Assembly (NCBI GenBank): GCA_913043225.1 | Contig: CAJWLU010000040.1 | Location: 1 to 20,573, forward strand | Direction: 5' to 3' | DNA: 20,573 nucleotides | Source of the DNA: an uncultured Acidobacteriota bacterium | Lineage (GTDB): Bacteria; Acidobacteriota; Vicinamibacteria; Vicinamibacterales; UBA8438 | Shown here: positions 1 to 8,539 of the stretch, in pieces | How positions within the stretch are numbered: the stretch's first letter is position 1 | Layout of the letters: the number at the start of each line of letters is the position of its first letter | The notes under the pieces: model-generated | What the model was told of the DNA's origin: nothing | The model's input: the letters and a program-made list of their open reading frames with translations, nothing else | Database searches by the model: none | Program-made: the position numbers and the translations under genes

Positions 1-507
1 ATCGGCGACATCGGCGGTGATGTCGCCCACCTGCCTGACATAGCCGACGACCTGCCCTCCGAACGCATGGGCAACCAGGCGTTTCGCCACCACGCCGGCC
101 GCCACGCGCACCGAGGTTTCGCGCGCGCTCGACCGCCCACCGCCGCGATAATCCCGCCGACCGTACTTCGCGTCGTAGGTATAGTCAGCGTGCCCCGGAC
201 GGTACTTGTCCTTGATGTCACTGTAGTCGCGGCTGCGCTGGTCCTGGTTCCTGATCAAAATCGCAATACTGGTGCCGGTCGTCTCCCCCTCGAAAACTCC
301 GGACAGGATCTCAGGGATGTCGGCCTCGTCTCGTAGGGTGACGATCCGGCTTTGGCCGGGGCGGCGCCTGGCCAGATCCTTCGAGAAATCGTCCTCGGCC
401 AGCGGTAAACCCGGCGGACAGCCGTCGATGATGACGACATAGCCCGGCCCGTGCGACTCGCCCGCGGTGGTGATGCGGAAGGTGTGCCCGAACGTGTCTC
501 CTGGCAT
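1..507 (-). CDS. aroC: Chorismate synthase, 5' part (runs off the left edge; not in the ORF track)
   Basis: Manual translation from ATG at 507: [22 protein letters not shown]...RRRPGQS...[29 protein letters not shown]. Contains the GESHG, RPGHAD and [10 protein letters not shown] chorismate synthase signatures. Confidence 0.97.
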   Translation of the reverse strand, partial: MPGDTFGHTFRITTAGESHGPGYVVIIDGCPPGLPLAEDDFSKDLARRRPGQSRIVTLRDEADIPEILSGVFEGETTGTSIAILIRNQDQRSRDYSDIKDKYRPGHADYTYDAKYGRRDYRGGGRSSARETSVRVAAGVVAKRLVAHAFGGQVVGYVRQVGDITADVAD

Positions 508-564
508 TCCGACGATCTTATCAGCGTAACCAGCAGTACCCCCGGCGTCAGGTAGCATGACGGC
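508..564. promoter_or_regulatory. Compact divergent promoter pair, probably leaderless
   Basis: Minus strand: TGnTAAGAT (523-515) lies 7 nt before the aroC ATG. Plus strand: TAGCAT (553-558) lies 6 nt before ATG 565. No clear SD for either gene. Confidence 0.55.
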
Positions 565-1572
565 ATGTCCAGCGCACCCCGAGCAATGCTCTGCTCGGCC
601 TACGGACCGGCCGACACGCTCGTCTTCACCCAGATCGACCGCCTCGCCCTGGCCGACAACGAGATCCGCATCGGCGTCCATGCCGCGGGCGTAAATTTCC
701 CCGACCTGCTCATCATCGAAGGCAAGTACCAGTACAAGCCTGAGCCGCCGTTCGCGCCAGGCGGCGAGGTCGCAGGCGAGGTGCTGGAGGTCGGCGCCGA
801 GGTCACCGGGTTCGCCGCGGGCGACGCCGTCATCGGTATGTGCCGCTATAACGGATTCGCCGAGGAGACGGTGGTCAAAGCAGACCGCTGCATACGACTC
901 CCGGCCTCTGTCGACATGACCGTTGCGGCCGGACTGGCTCTGACCTACGGCACCAGCATCTACGCTCTGGTCCAGCGCGGAGTCCTGGCAACCGGCGAGA
1001 CGCTGCTAGTACACGGGGCTGCGGGCGGCGTGGGCACCGCCAGCGTCGACATAGGCCAATGTCTGGGCGCCCGCATCATCGCCACCGGCGGCAGCGACGC
1101 GAAGCTGGCGACGATCGCCGACCACTACGGCGTCGAACACGTCGTGAACTACGCCACCACCCCGGACTGGAAGGACGAGGTCAAGGCACTCACCGGTGGT
1201 AAGGGGGCCGACGTAATCTGCGACCCGGTGGGGGGGGAGGTGTTCGAGAAGTCGCTCCGCTGTATTAACTGGAACGGCCGCCTTCTGGTGGTGGGCTTCG
1301 CCAGCGGCACCATCCCATCGGCCCGCGCCAATCTCATGCTGCTGAAGGGCTGTTCGGTGGTAGGCGTGTTTTGGGGCGCCTTTGCCAGCTTGGATCCGGA
1401 GGGCAACCGGGCCAACTTCGCTCGCCTCTTCGACTGGCTCGATGCGGGCAAACTCCGACCGCTGGTAGCGCGCACGTTCCCGCTGCAGGAGGCCGCCGAA
1501 GCGCTCGGCATGATCGAACGGCGCGAAGCCGTGGGCAAGCTCATCCTCACCACCGACCGCCATGCCGACTAA
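565..1572 (+). CDS. NADPH:quinone oxidoreductase family protein (MDR/zeta-crystallin-like)
   Basis: [24 protein letters not shown], nucleotide-binding VHGAAGGVG, and [11 protein letters not shown]. No zinc-ligand cysteine cluster. Confidence 0.93.
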   Translation: MSSAPRAMLCSAYGPADTLVFTQIDRLALADNEIRIGVHAAGVNFPDLLIIEGKYQYKPEPPFAPGGEVAGEVLEVGAEVTGFAAGDAVIGMCRYNGFAEETVVKADRCIRLPASVDMTVAAGLALTYGTSIYALVQRGVLATGETLLVHGAAGGVGTASVDIGQCLGARIIATGGSDAKLATIADHYGVEHVVNYATTPDWKDEVKALTGGKGADVICDPVGGEVFEKSLRCINWNGRLLVVGFASGTIPSARANLMLLKGCSVVGVFWGAFASLDPEGNRANFARLFDWLDAGKLRPLVARTFPLQEAAEALGMIERREAVGKLILTTDRHAD

Positions 1573-2212
1573 ACCAGCGCCCAGGGCCCACCTGCGCGCG
1601 GTCGTGTTCGACCTCGGGGGCGTCATCCTCAACTCGCCGCTCCCGGCCATCACCGACTACGAGCAGAAACTGGGTGCGCCGACGGGCTTCCTCGCGCAAC
1701 TCATCCAAGACAGCGGCAACGACGGTCCGTGGGCCCGCCTGGAGCGGGGCGAGCTTACTGTCGCCGAGTTCGGCACGGCGCTGGGCATCCATTCCGAGGC
1801 CGCCGGCCACCGCATGGAGGCCCCCCAGTTGCTTCGACGTATCGAGCAGGCTGCCACCCCTCGCCCGGCGATGCTCGATGCGATCGACCGACTCCGAACA
1901 ACCGGGCTACGCGTCGCGACCCTGACCAACGCCTGGGACATGCCTGACCGCGGCGCCCGCCTGACATCGGTACTGGGTCGGTTCGACACCGTGATCGAAT
2001 CGTTCCGCGTCGGCATGCGGAAGCCGGAGCCCCGGATCTACGAGCTGACGTGCCAGATCCTCAACGCCCGTCCCACGCAGATGGTGTTCCTCGACGACCT
2101 CGGCGGGAACTTGAAGCCAGCTCGCGCCATGGGGATGGCCACCATCAAAGTTGGCGACCCGACCGAGGCGCTTGCCTCACTTGAAACCCTGACCGGCGTA
2201 TCTCTACGCTAG
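1562..2212 (+). CDS. HAD-superfamily hydrolase (sEH/ACAD10 N-terminal-like phosphatase)
   Basis: Motif I VVFDLGGV, motif II LTN, and RKPEPRIY...FLDD. Overlaps the upstream gene by 11 bp. Confidence 0.92.
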   Translation: MPTKPAPRAHLRAVVFDLGGVILNSPLPAITDYEQKLGAPTGFLAQLIQDSGNDGPWARLERGELTVAEFGTALGIHSEAAGHRMEAPQLLRRIEQAATPRPAMLDAIDRLRTTGLRVATLTNAWDMPDRGARLTSVLGRFDTVIESFRVGMRKPEPRIYELTCQILNARPTQMVFLDDLGGNLKPARAMGMATIKVGDPTEALASLETLTGVSLR

Positions 2213-2387
2213 CTGCTCAGGCCCATTGCGCTGGTGGCCACGTCAAGGAAGACGCATACGCACCACTCCGACGGCCCGGTTCCCTCTCTATGCGGCGAGC
2301 CTGGCCGCCACTGCTTGGAGCGGGATGATGCCGGCATCAGGCCTCCCGCTGTCTCGTGGCACCGCACCGCAGGTCGCGAAACAGGCC

Positions 2388-2570
2388 TCAGTCCCGACGC
2401 CGCTTCCACCGGGCGAACAGGAGCGTCGTGAGCCCCAGCATGACCTCGTCAACAAACAGGATCGGGTCGAGCACAAACAGATCGGCCAGAAACAGTCCGC
2501 CGGCCAGCACGAAGAGCTGCCACGAGCGAAGCCGGTTAAGCCAACCGACGAGACTCCCTTCACCGGACAT
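2388..2570 (-). CDS. Small membrane protein, DUF6116-like (60 aa)
   Basis: MSGEGSLVGWLNRLRSWQLFVLAGGLFLADLFVLDPILFVDEVMLGLTTLLFARWKRRRD. Hydrophobic hairpin with DP(I/L)xFVDE and a basic tail. The start overlaps the end of the dienelactone hydrolase. Family recognised from memory. Confidence 0.75.
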   Translation of the reverse strand: MSGEGSLVGWLNRLRSWQLFVLAGGLFLADLFVLDPILFVDEVMLGLTTLLFARWKRRRD

Positions 2571-3240
2571 GCTCTCGGTAGAAACCGAGCATGCGCGACC
2601 AGCAGGTGGACGCATGGGCCGGATCGTAGACCGCGTCTCTGGTGTCATTAAAGAAGGCGTGGTCGACACCTTCGAGCACGGTGATGTCGGCCGATTTGCC
2701 AGCAGCCTGGAGATCGGCTTCGAACTGCTTTGCGGCAGCTGGCGGGACAAACTCGTCCTTCTCGGCGAAAAATCCGAGCACCGGAGCCTTGAGCGCAGAT
2801 AGGTTGGGCTTCACGTTTGGGTGAATGCCATAAAAGATAACGCAGCCGCCCACCGACGCGTTCTCGCATGCCGCATACAGCGAGAGCTGCCCGCCCATGC
2901 AGAAGCCTACTGTCCCGACAGTGCTACTGGTCACCTCATCACGCCCCAGCAGATAGCCAATGGCGCCGGACAAGTCCTTGGCAGCGCGGTCGATATCAAG
3001 AGCCATCATCAGCTTGCCGGCATCGTCCGGGCTCGACGTGCTCTCGCCGTGATACATGTCTGGCGCTAGCGCCACGAACCCTTCGGCAGCGAAACGGTCT
3101 GCCACGTCCTTGATGTGGTCGACCAGACCCCACCACTCCTGGATGACGATGACGCCGGGACCACCGCCGGACTCGGGCACCGCCAGATAGCCGTTTCCGG
3201 GCTTACCGTTGACAGGAAACGTGACCATCGAACCTGGCAT
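2560..3240 (-). CDS. Dienelactone hydrolase family protein
   Basis: VIQEWWGL, nucleophile elbow GFCMGG, downstream Asp, and HAFFN. SD GGAGGAG upstream. Confidence 0.95.
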   Translation of the reverse strand: MPGSMVTFPVNGKPGNGYLAVPESGGGPGVIVIQEWWGLVDHIKDVADRFAAEGFVALAPDMYHGESTSSPDDAGKLMMALDIDRAAKDLSGAIGYLLGRDEVTSSTVGTVGFCMGGQLSLYAACENASVGGCVIFYGIHPNVKPNLSALKAPVLGFFAEKDEFVPPAAAKQFEADLQAAGKSADITVLEGVDHAFFNDTRDAVYDPAHASTCWSRMLGFYREHVR

Positions 3241-3289
3241 GACTGGATCACTCCTCCGCTATGAGACGACTGAGGGCAGGCCTACCCTA

Positions 3290-4048
3290 TCACTGGGAGG
3301 GTGTGGCCACCTCCCCTTCGATCCGCACGAGTTCGCCTTCCGCATCGTAGTAGCCAACGCTGCCTTGGCCGTCTGGGGCCACCCCCAGCACCAGCCGGGG
3401 ACGCAAGCCATCGCCGAGATTAACCACCGCGGTACCCTGGACGGCGCCCATCGCCACCCGCTGGGCGCCGGTGGCGTCGTAGAGCGAGACAAACGGCGCA
3501 CCGTCGCTGCCCACCGACAACCCGATGCCTCTCTGTCCGGGTGCGCCCAGCAGGTCGATGCTGGGCTCGCCCTGTAGACTGAGATTCGGCCGCCCACTGG
3601 GCGCCAGGGTGGCCTGCATGCGCGATTGCCCACCGTGGGACAGCGCCACCAACGGGGTCTCGTTGATCGCACCCAGGGTCACGTTCCTGGCCCGCGCGTC
3701 ACCAAGCGTGATCGACGGATCGCCGCCGGACAAGGTCGCCTCAAGCAGGGGCGCCCCGGTCGGATCGGTGAACTGGAGGTGCGGGGTGCCATCCAGGTCG
3801 ACGCCGATGAATCCTCGACGCTCGCCGGTCGCGGCATAGAACGCCAGCGTGGTCCGTCCCGCCTCGTCCGACGCCGACAGCAGCGCACGCAGCGTGCCGG
3901 CGCCATCGACGATGTTGATCTGGCTGGCCGTCACCACATTGTGGCCCTGCGCCTTCACGGGACGGTTCAGCAGCGCCGAGGACATCGCCCCACCGACTAT
4001 CGATCCCACCAGCACGAGCACCGGGAACATCCACGTTCGCTTCAGCAT
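3290..4048 (-). CDS. Secreted or membrane-anchored hypothetical protein with degenerate ~20-23 aa beta-strand repeats
   Basis: N-terminal hydrophobic segment ending VKA-Q. Recurrent R-x2-L/I-x4-DG-x-P-x-L-x2-D units. SD-like GGAGTAGGA upstream. Confidence 0.8.
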   Translation of the reverse strand: MLKRTWMFPVLVLVGSIVGGAMSSALLNRPVKAQGHNVVTASQINIVDGAGTLRALLSASDEAGRTTLAFYAATGERRGFIGVDLDGTPHLQFTDPTGAPLLEATLSGGDPSITLGDARARNVTLGAINETPLVALSHGGQSRMQATLAPSGRPNLSLQGEPSIDLLGAPGQRGIGLSVGSDGAPFVSLYDATGAQRVAMGAVQGTAVVNLGDGLRPRLVLGVAPDGQGSVGYYDAEGELVRIEGEVATPSQ

Positions 4049-4080
4049 TTCCTACTCCGTATTCTGCCCGGACCGGCCTA

Positions 4081-5394
4081 CTAGGCCGCCTCGTCGACCG
4101 CCGAGAAATGGCGCCCGCGGGTTTCCGGGCCTAACCAGATAAAGGCGGCCACCAGCAACCCGGACACGACGATACAGACCGACATCGCCGAGCCGGTCGT
4201 CATCCCGCCATCCTGGAGCTGCCCCAGCACAAACGGGGTGGCCGAACCAACCGCCGCCCCCACGTGGTAAGAAAGCCCGGGACCCACGCCGCGTACGGCC
4301 GTCGGGAAGCGCTCGGTCAGATACGCGGGCGCCATACCCCAGATCCCGCCACCGGTAGCCCCCATGGCGACCGACCCGAGTAACAGCACCGTCGAGCTAG
4401 TTGAGCCCAGGAAGATCGGCACGGTGGCAACCCCAGTCAGCGCAGCCAGCGCCACCGCCCCCCGGCGCCCCAGAACCCCTTCCGACACGCGCCCCCAGAA
4501 GGCGATGCCTACTACGGCGGCCGCGTTGAACGCCACCACATACCGCAACGGGTCCAGATCCAGATCAAGCAGGAAGGTCGGATACCAGAACGAGATCGAG
4601 TAGTAGGAGAACATGAAGGCCGACAGCAGCAGCGAGCTCTGCACGGTCACCCACAGCAGGTCCGGCTGAAACAGCCGAAGTATCGAGACCCGGTCCGTCA
4701 GCTCCTGCCCTCCACGCTCCTTCAAATACCGCTGCCGCTCCAGCCAGATCGGACTCTCGTCGACGCCTGTCCGGATCCACAACACGAGAAGCGCCGGGAT
4801 CACGCCGGTCCAGAACATCACCCGCCACCCAAGCGACGAGCCGGGATTGTCGCTGAACGGATCGGCCATCCCCTCGAAGAGCGGATAGACATAAGAGAAG
4901 GTGAGCGCCGACAGGATGTAGCCCCAGTACCAACCGCCCTGCAGCAGGCCTGAGGCCAGACCCCGAAGGCGGGTCGGCCAGTGCTCGATCGCCAGCGGCA
5001 TACCGGCGGCCCACTCCCCGCCCATGCCGATCCCGAACAGGGCCCGAAATGCGAACAACATCGCGTAGGAGGTGGAGAAACCGCTCAGGAACGCGAACAG
5101 CGAGAACCAGAGGATCGACAGCATCAGCGGAAGCTTGCGCCCCCACCGATCCGCCATCATCCCAGCGCCGAGCCCGCCCACTAGCCGGAACAGCAGCGTC
5201 ACCGTCCCCAGCGCACCGGCCAGCGCCGCATCCACCGTAAAACTCTCCTGGATGTCCACCAGGATGAACGTCATGATGGTGAAATCGAAACCATCCAGCA
5301 GCCAGCCCAGAAAGGTAGCGAAGAAGGCGCGCCACTGCTGGCCGTTAACTTCACGGAACCACGGGACGCCAGGTTTCTGCTCTCTGTCGCTCAT
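4081..5394 (-). CDS. MFS transporter, sialate/carboxylate:H+ symporter (SHS/NanT/Jen1-like)
   Basis: FLGWLLDGFDF, motif A GMMADRWGRK, RALFGIGMGGEW, LTERFPTAVRG, and PETRG. About 12 hydrophobic segments. Confidence 0.93.
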   Translation of the reverse strand: MSDREQKPGVPWFREVNGQQWRAFFATFLGWLLDGFDFTIMTFILVDIQESFTVDAALAGALGTVTLLFRLVGGLGAGMMADRWGRKLPLMLSILWFSLFAFLSGFSTSYAMLFAFRALFGIGMGGEWAAGMPLAIEHWPTRLRGLASGLLQGGWYWGYILSALTFSYVYPLFEGMADPFSDNPGSSLGWRVMFWTGVIPALLVLWIRTGVDESPIWLERQRYLKERGGQELTDRVSILRLFQPDLLWVTVQSSLLLSAFMFSYYSISFWYPTFLLDLDLDPLRYVVAFNAAAVVGIAFWGRVSEGVLGRRGAVALAALTGVATVPIFLGSTSSTVLLLGSVAMGATGGGIWGMAPAYLTERFPTAVRGVGPGLSYHVGAAVGSATPFVLGQLQDGGMTTGSAMSVCIVVSGLLVAAFIWLGPETRGRHFSAVDEAA

Positions 5395-5463
5395 CAGGGT
5401 TCAGGCTACAGGCGCTCGTTCCTGATTGGAATCGTGGCCAGGCTCGGGAAAGAAAGGTTAGCG

Positions 5464-5469
5464 ATTATA
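5464..5469 (-). promoter_or_regulatory. Putative sigma70 -10 element for the MFS operon
   Basis: Consensus TATAAT on the minus strand about 70 nt upstream of the MFS start. A divergent TACAAT lies at 5546-5551 on the plus strand. Confidence 0.45.
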
Positions 5470-5624
5470 GCGTTGCTCCTTCGGGCGCCGGGACACCGGA
5501 TTGTCGACAAGGCGAGAATAGCGAGAACCAGGTGGACGCACACACTACAATGGGCGCTTCTGAACACCGATGTGGCAGCTCGCATCGGACGCGCACCCTG
5601 AAAGACACTGGAGGCTCTCTCAAG

Positions 5625-6551
5625 ATGACGACCCTTAACGCGCGCGTGTCGCGGCTCGTGACACCGCTTGGTGCGTTTGCGCTTCTGGCCCTTGGAGTGC
5701 CCCTAGCGACGCCATCGACCGCTTTCGGCCAGGAGCAGGTGCTCTACATCAGCGCGACTGGGGTCACCGGCTCGCCGGTCTCCGATCTCACCGCCGAGGA
5801 AATCGTCGTGCAGTGGGACGGCGAGGACACCGAGATCGTCGAACTCGAATTAATCGAGTGGCCGGTCCAGGTCACCATGATGGTCGACAACGGACGTGGC
5901 GGCCGCGAACACATCGATCAGATCCGGGCCGGCCTAAAGGCGTTCATCGCGGCGCTTCCCGAAGGCGTCGAGATGGCGCTAGTCGCTACCTCTGACGAAG
6001 TGCTGAGCGTGACCGACTACACCAGCGACAAGGCGGCGCTGACGGCCGGGGTCGACGAAATGGAACGGGGCAACGACGACGCCTACTTCCTAGACGCCAT
6101 GATCGCGGCAGCCGCAACAGTGGCCGCAGCCGAGCGCGAGTTCTTCCCGGTATTCGTCAACCTGGCGACCGACAAGGACGAGGGCAGCGAGGGTGACCAG
6201 GCCGCGTTCGAGGGCATGGTAAACAACGTGGCCACAAACGCCGGCACCGTGCATACACGACTGCTCTACACCGAGGATGGCGACGCAGATCAGAGCATGC
6301 AGGCGCTAGTTGGCCCGATCGGCCAGCAGACCCCGGGCGGCTCCTACGAAGCCATCGCGGACGTGACGACCCTCGAGGCGAACCTGACGGCCCTGGCCGA
6401 GAACATCGCCCGCAAGAACGGGCTGGTGAGTGTGCAGTATCGCGTGCGGTACAACCCACCAGCCAACGCCGGCCCAGCGCCTAACATCTCGGTGGCCTCG
6501 ACCCGGGTGGGACTCAACCTAATTCCGACGATCGACGGTAACCTGCCCTAA
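5625..6551 (+). CDS. Secreted VWA-like domain protein (Acidobacteria VWFA-related type)
   Basis: SD GGAGG before ATG 5625. Signal peptide ending AFG-Q. G-x-PV-x-DLT-x-EE N-terminal module, then VTMMVDNG (degenerate MIDAS), DYTSDK, and a C-terminal YRVRY strand. Confidence 0.78.
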   Translation: MTTLNARVSRLVTPLGAFALLALGVPLATPSTAFGQEQVLYISATGVTGSPVSDLTAEEIVVQWDGEDTEIVELELIEWPVQVTMMVDNGRGGREHIDQIRAGLKAFIAALPEGVEMALVATSDEVLSVTDYTSDKAALTAGVDEMERGNDDAYFLDAMIAAAATVAAAEREFFPVFVNLATDKDEGSEGDQAAFEGMVNNVATNAGTVHTRLLYTEDGDADQSMQALVGPIGQQTPGGSYEAIADVTTLEANLTALAENIARKNGLVSVQYRVRYNPPANAGPAPNISVASTRVGLNLIPTIDGNLP

Positions 6552-6581
6552 CTTCTTGACGCACCCGTGTCGTCTGGACGG

Positions 6582-8198
6582 TCACTCGCGACCGTCCGGG
6601 CGCGGGGAATTCTGTCGGGCGCGAGCCAGGTCCTCGAAGACCGTGGCCAACGCCGGGAAGGTCGCGATCAAGGTCCGGAAGTCACCCCGCCCAATCGTCA
6701 GCACATCGACAGGCGTCAAGGCGGTCACAGTCGAATTCCGAGGCACCACATCAAGGAGCGCCGCCTCGCCGAAGTAATCTCCTGCCTCGAGCACAGCCAG
6801 CCGCTCCGGCCGACCGTCGAGACCGCGGCGGCTCACCGCCACCCGACCGGTCCGTACCACGAACAACTTGTCACCGAAGTCACCCTCGCGCACCAGTTCC
6901 TCTCCCTCGTCGAAGTGCTCGGCCGAGATTGAACTGGTCCGGTCGGTCTTGAGCTGCACGATGTCCTGACGCAGGACCAGATCGAGCGTCCAGTCGGTGG
7001 CCACGCGGAGCTTGCGATCCAATCCTGGCAGCTTGAGCAAGTAAACGGTGCGCCACACCCACCAGGCGAACAATCCGGAGAGCTTGAATCCGAATACCTG
7101 GGCCACGGCCGACCGCCGTCCCAACGACACGAGCTGTCCAAGCGACGAGAACGAGAACGTAGTCTGGGCTGAACCATCGATCGCGGCAAGGATATTGTCA
7201 GCGGCGCAACGGGCCTCTCGGATAGCGTGCTGTGCGGTCGGCGGCGCCGGCCGGCCGGTGCGCGTCTCGGTCACCGCCGCGCAATCCCCGACTGCCCACA
7301 CCCGATCTAACCCAGGCACCGCGAGATGCGCGTCGACCGGCACCCGGCCGCGATGCAGCTCTACCGGCAGTGTCTGGAGAAGCGGGTTCGGACCGGAAGG
7401 CACGGTACTAACGATTGTCCTGGTCTCTAGTCGATCGCCCGTCGACATTCGTGCCCCCGTAGCGGTCGCTACTTCGAGCCGGGTGCCAAGTCGGATCTCC
7501 ATGCCCCGCCGGGTCAGCAGCCGGTGGGCGAACCGGCCCAGACTCTCATCGAGCTCAGGCAGAATCCGATCGCCGGAATGCAGCAACACCACACGAAGCT
7601 CGGCCGCATCGAGACCTCGGTAGTCCCGGACGACTTCGTGCACGAAGTCGTTGAGCTCGGCCGCCAACTCCACTCCGGAGAAGCCACCGCCAGCCACGAC
7701 GAACGACATGAGCCCGCGTCGGACCTCCGGGTCGATCTCCACCGCGGCTTCCTCGAGGACGTTAAGTACGTGATTTCGGACTTGCAACGCATCGCCCAAC
7801 GACTTAAACGGAAGGGCATGCTCACGCCCTCCTGGAAGGTCGCCAAGAGCGGGGACGTTGCCCAGCGCGACCACTAGATGATCGAAACCGAGCACCACGG
7901 GCCGAGGGCGCACGCCCGGTCGCAGCGTGACGGTACGAGCCGTTAGATCGACGGAGTCGATCTCCCGGGTGTAGAGCCGGGTGCGGGGACACAGACGACG
8001 GAGCGGTGCGATCGTGTCGACAAGCCCGATACTGGCCGAGACGACTTCGGGGATGAGCGGTTGGAAGATGAGGTAGTTTTCACGGCTGACGAGTGACAAC
8101 TCGACGTCGTCTCGACGCCTGAGCCGCCGCTCGAGCCGCATCGCCGCGTAGACCCCGGCGAACCCGCCACCGAGGATCAGTATCCGTTGTCGATTCAC
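6582..8198 (-). CDS. Type II NADH dehydrogenase-like FAD oxidoreductase fused to a C-terminal cyclic nucleotide-binding domain
   Basis: Two Rossmann motifs (ILILGGGFAG; VVAGGGFSGVELAAEL), FQPLIPEV, WAVGDCA, PPTAQHA and GLFAWWVWRTVYL. Followed by a CAP_ED domain: GEELVREGDFGDKLFVVRTGRV...GDYFGEAALL...PRNSTV. Confidence 0.93.
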   Translation of the reverse strand: MNRQRILILGGGFAGVYAAMRLERRLRRRDDVELSLVSRENYLIFQPLIPEVVSASIGLVDTIAPLRRLCPRTRLYTREIDSVDLTARTVTLRPGVRPRPVVLGFDHLVVALGNVPALGDLPGGREHALPFKSLGDALQVRNHVLNVLEEAAVEIDPEVRRGLMSFVVAGGGFSGVELAAELNDFVHEVVRDYRGLDAAELRVVLLHSGDRILPELDESLGRFAHRLLTRRGMEIRLGTRLEVATATGARMSTGDRLETRTIVSTVPSGPNPLLQTLPVELHRGRVPVDAHLAVPGLDRVWAVGDCAAVTETRTGRPAPPTAQHAIREARCAADNILAAIDGSAQTTFSFSSLGQLVSLGRRSAVAQVFGFKLSGLFAWWVWRTVYLLKLPGLDRKLRVATDWTLDLVLRQDIVQLKTDRTSSISAEHFDEGEELVREGDFGDKLFVVRTGRVAVSRRGLDGRPERLAVLEAGDYFGEAALLDVVPRNSTVTALTPVDVLTIGRGDFRTLIATFPALATVFEDLARARQNSPRPDGRE

Positions 8199-8207
8199 CG
8201 GCGCGGC

Positions 8208-8354
8208 TCACTGGGATTCACGGAAACACGCGGTTAGGCGTTCACCCGTGCCCTCGACCACGGGAAACGGCTCGGTCTCGAAAATGGAGAGCAGGAGGTC
8301 TTCCTCGGTCTTGCGGACGTGACCGGTGTCGGTTTCGGGGTGGGCCGTCACCAT
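8208..8354 (-). CDS. Small hypothetical protein (48 aa; below the ORF-track cutoff)
   Basis: MVTAHPETDTGHVRKTEEDLLLSIFETEPFPVVEGTGERLTACFRESQ. SD-like GAGGGA before the ATG, mostly G/C third positions, stop 9 nt before the NDH-2 GTG, and TAGAAT -10 at 8412-8407. Confidence 0.6.
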   Translation of the reverse strand: MVTAHPETDTGHVRKTEEDLLLSIFETEPFPVVEGTGERLTACFRESQ

Positions 8355-8539
8355 GGCATCCCTCGCGCGATGATCGCGGCCGCCGGGCGAATCCCGACGG
8401 GAGACAATTCTACTTCCCAGGACGGGCCAGATGACTCGTGGACGGGATAATCTCGCGAGGGCCGCCAGCGAACAATCCCGATGTCGGCCGTTACGCTACC
8501 ATACAGTCCGCGGGTCCCTTCAGGGGTCGCATCCCGCCA

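Noticed and set aside
2231..2312. CTGGTGGCCA... resembles a 5S rRNA start
   Set aside because: Lacks the conserved CCGAAC and GATGGTAG cores and is too short.
5512..5528. GCGAGAA direct repeat in the MFS/VWA intergenic region
   Set aside because: Only two 7-bp copies, too weak to call a site.
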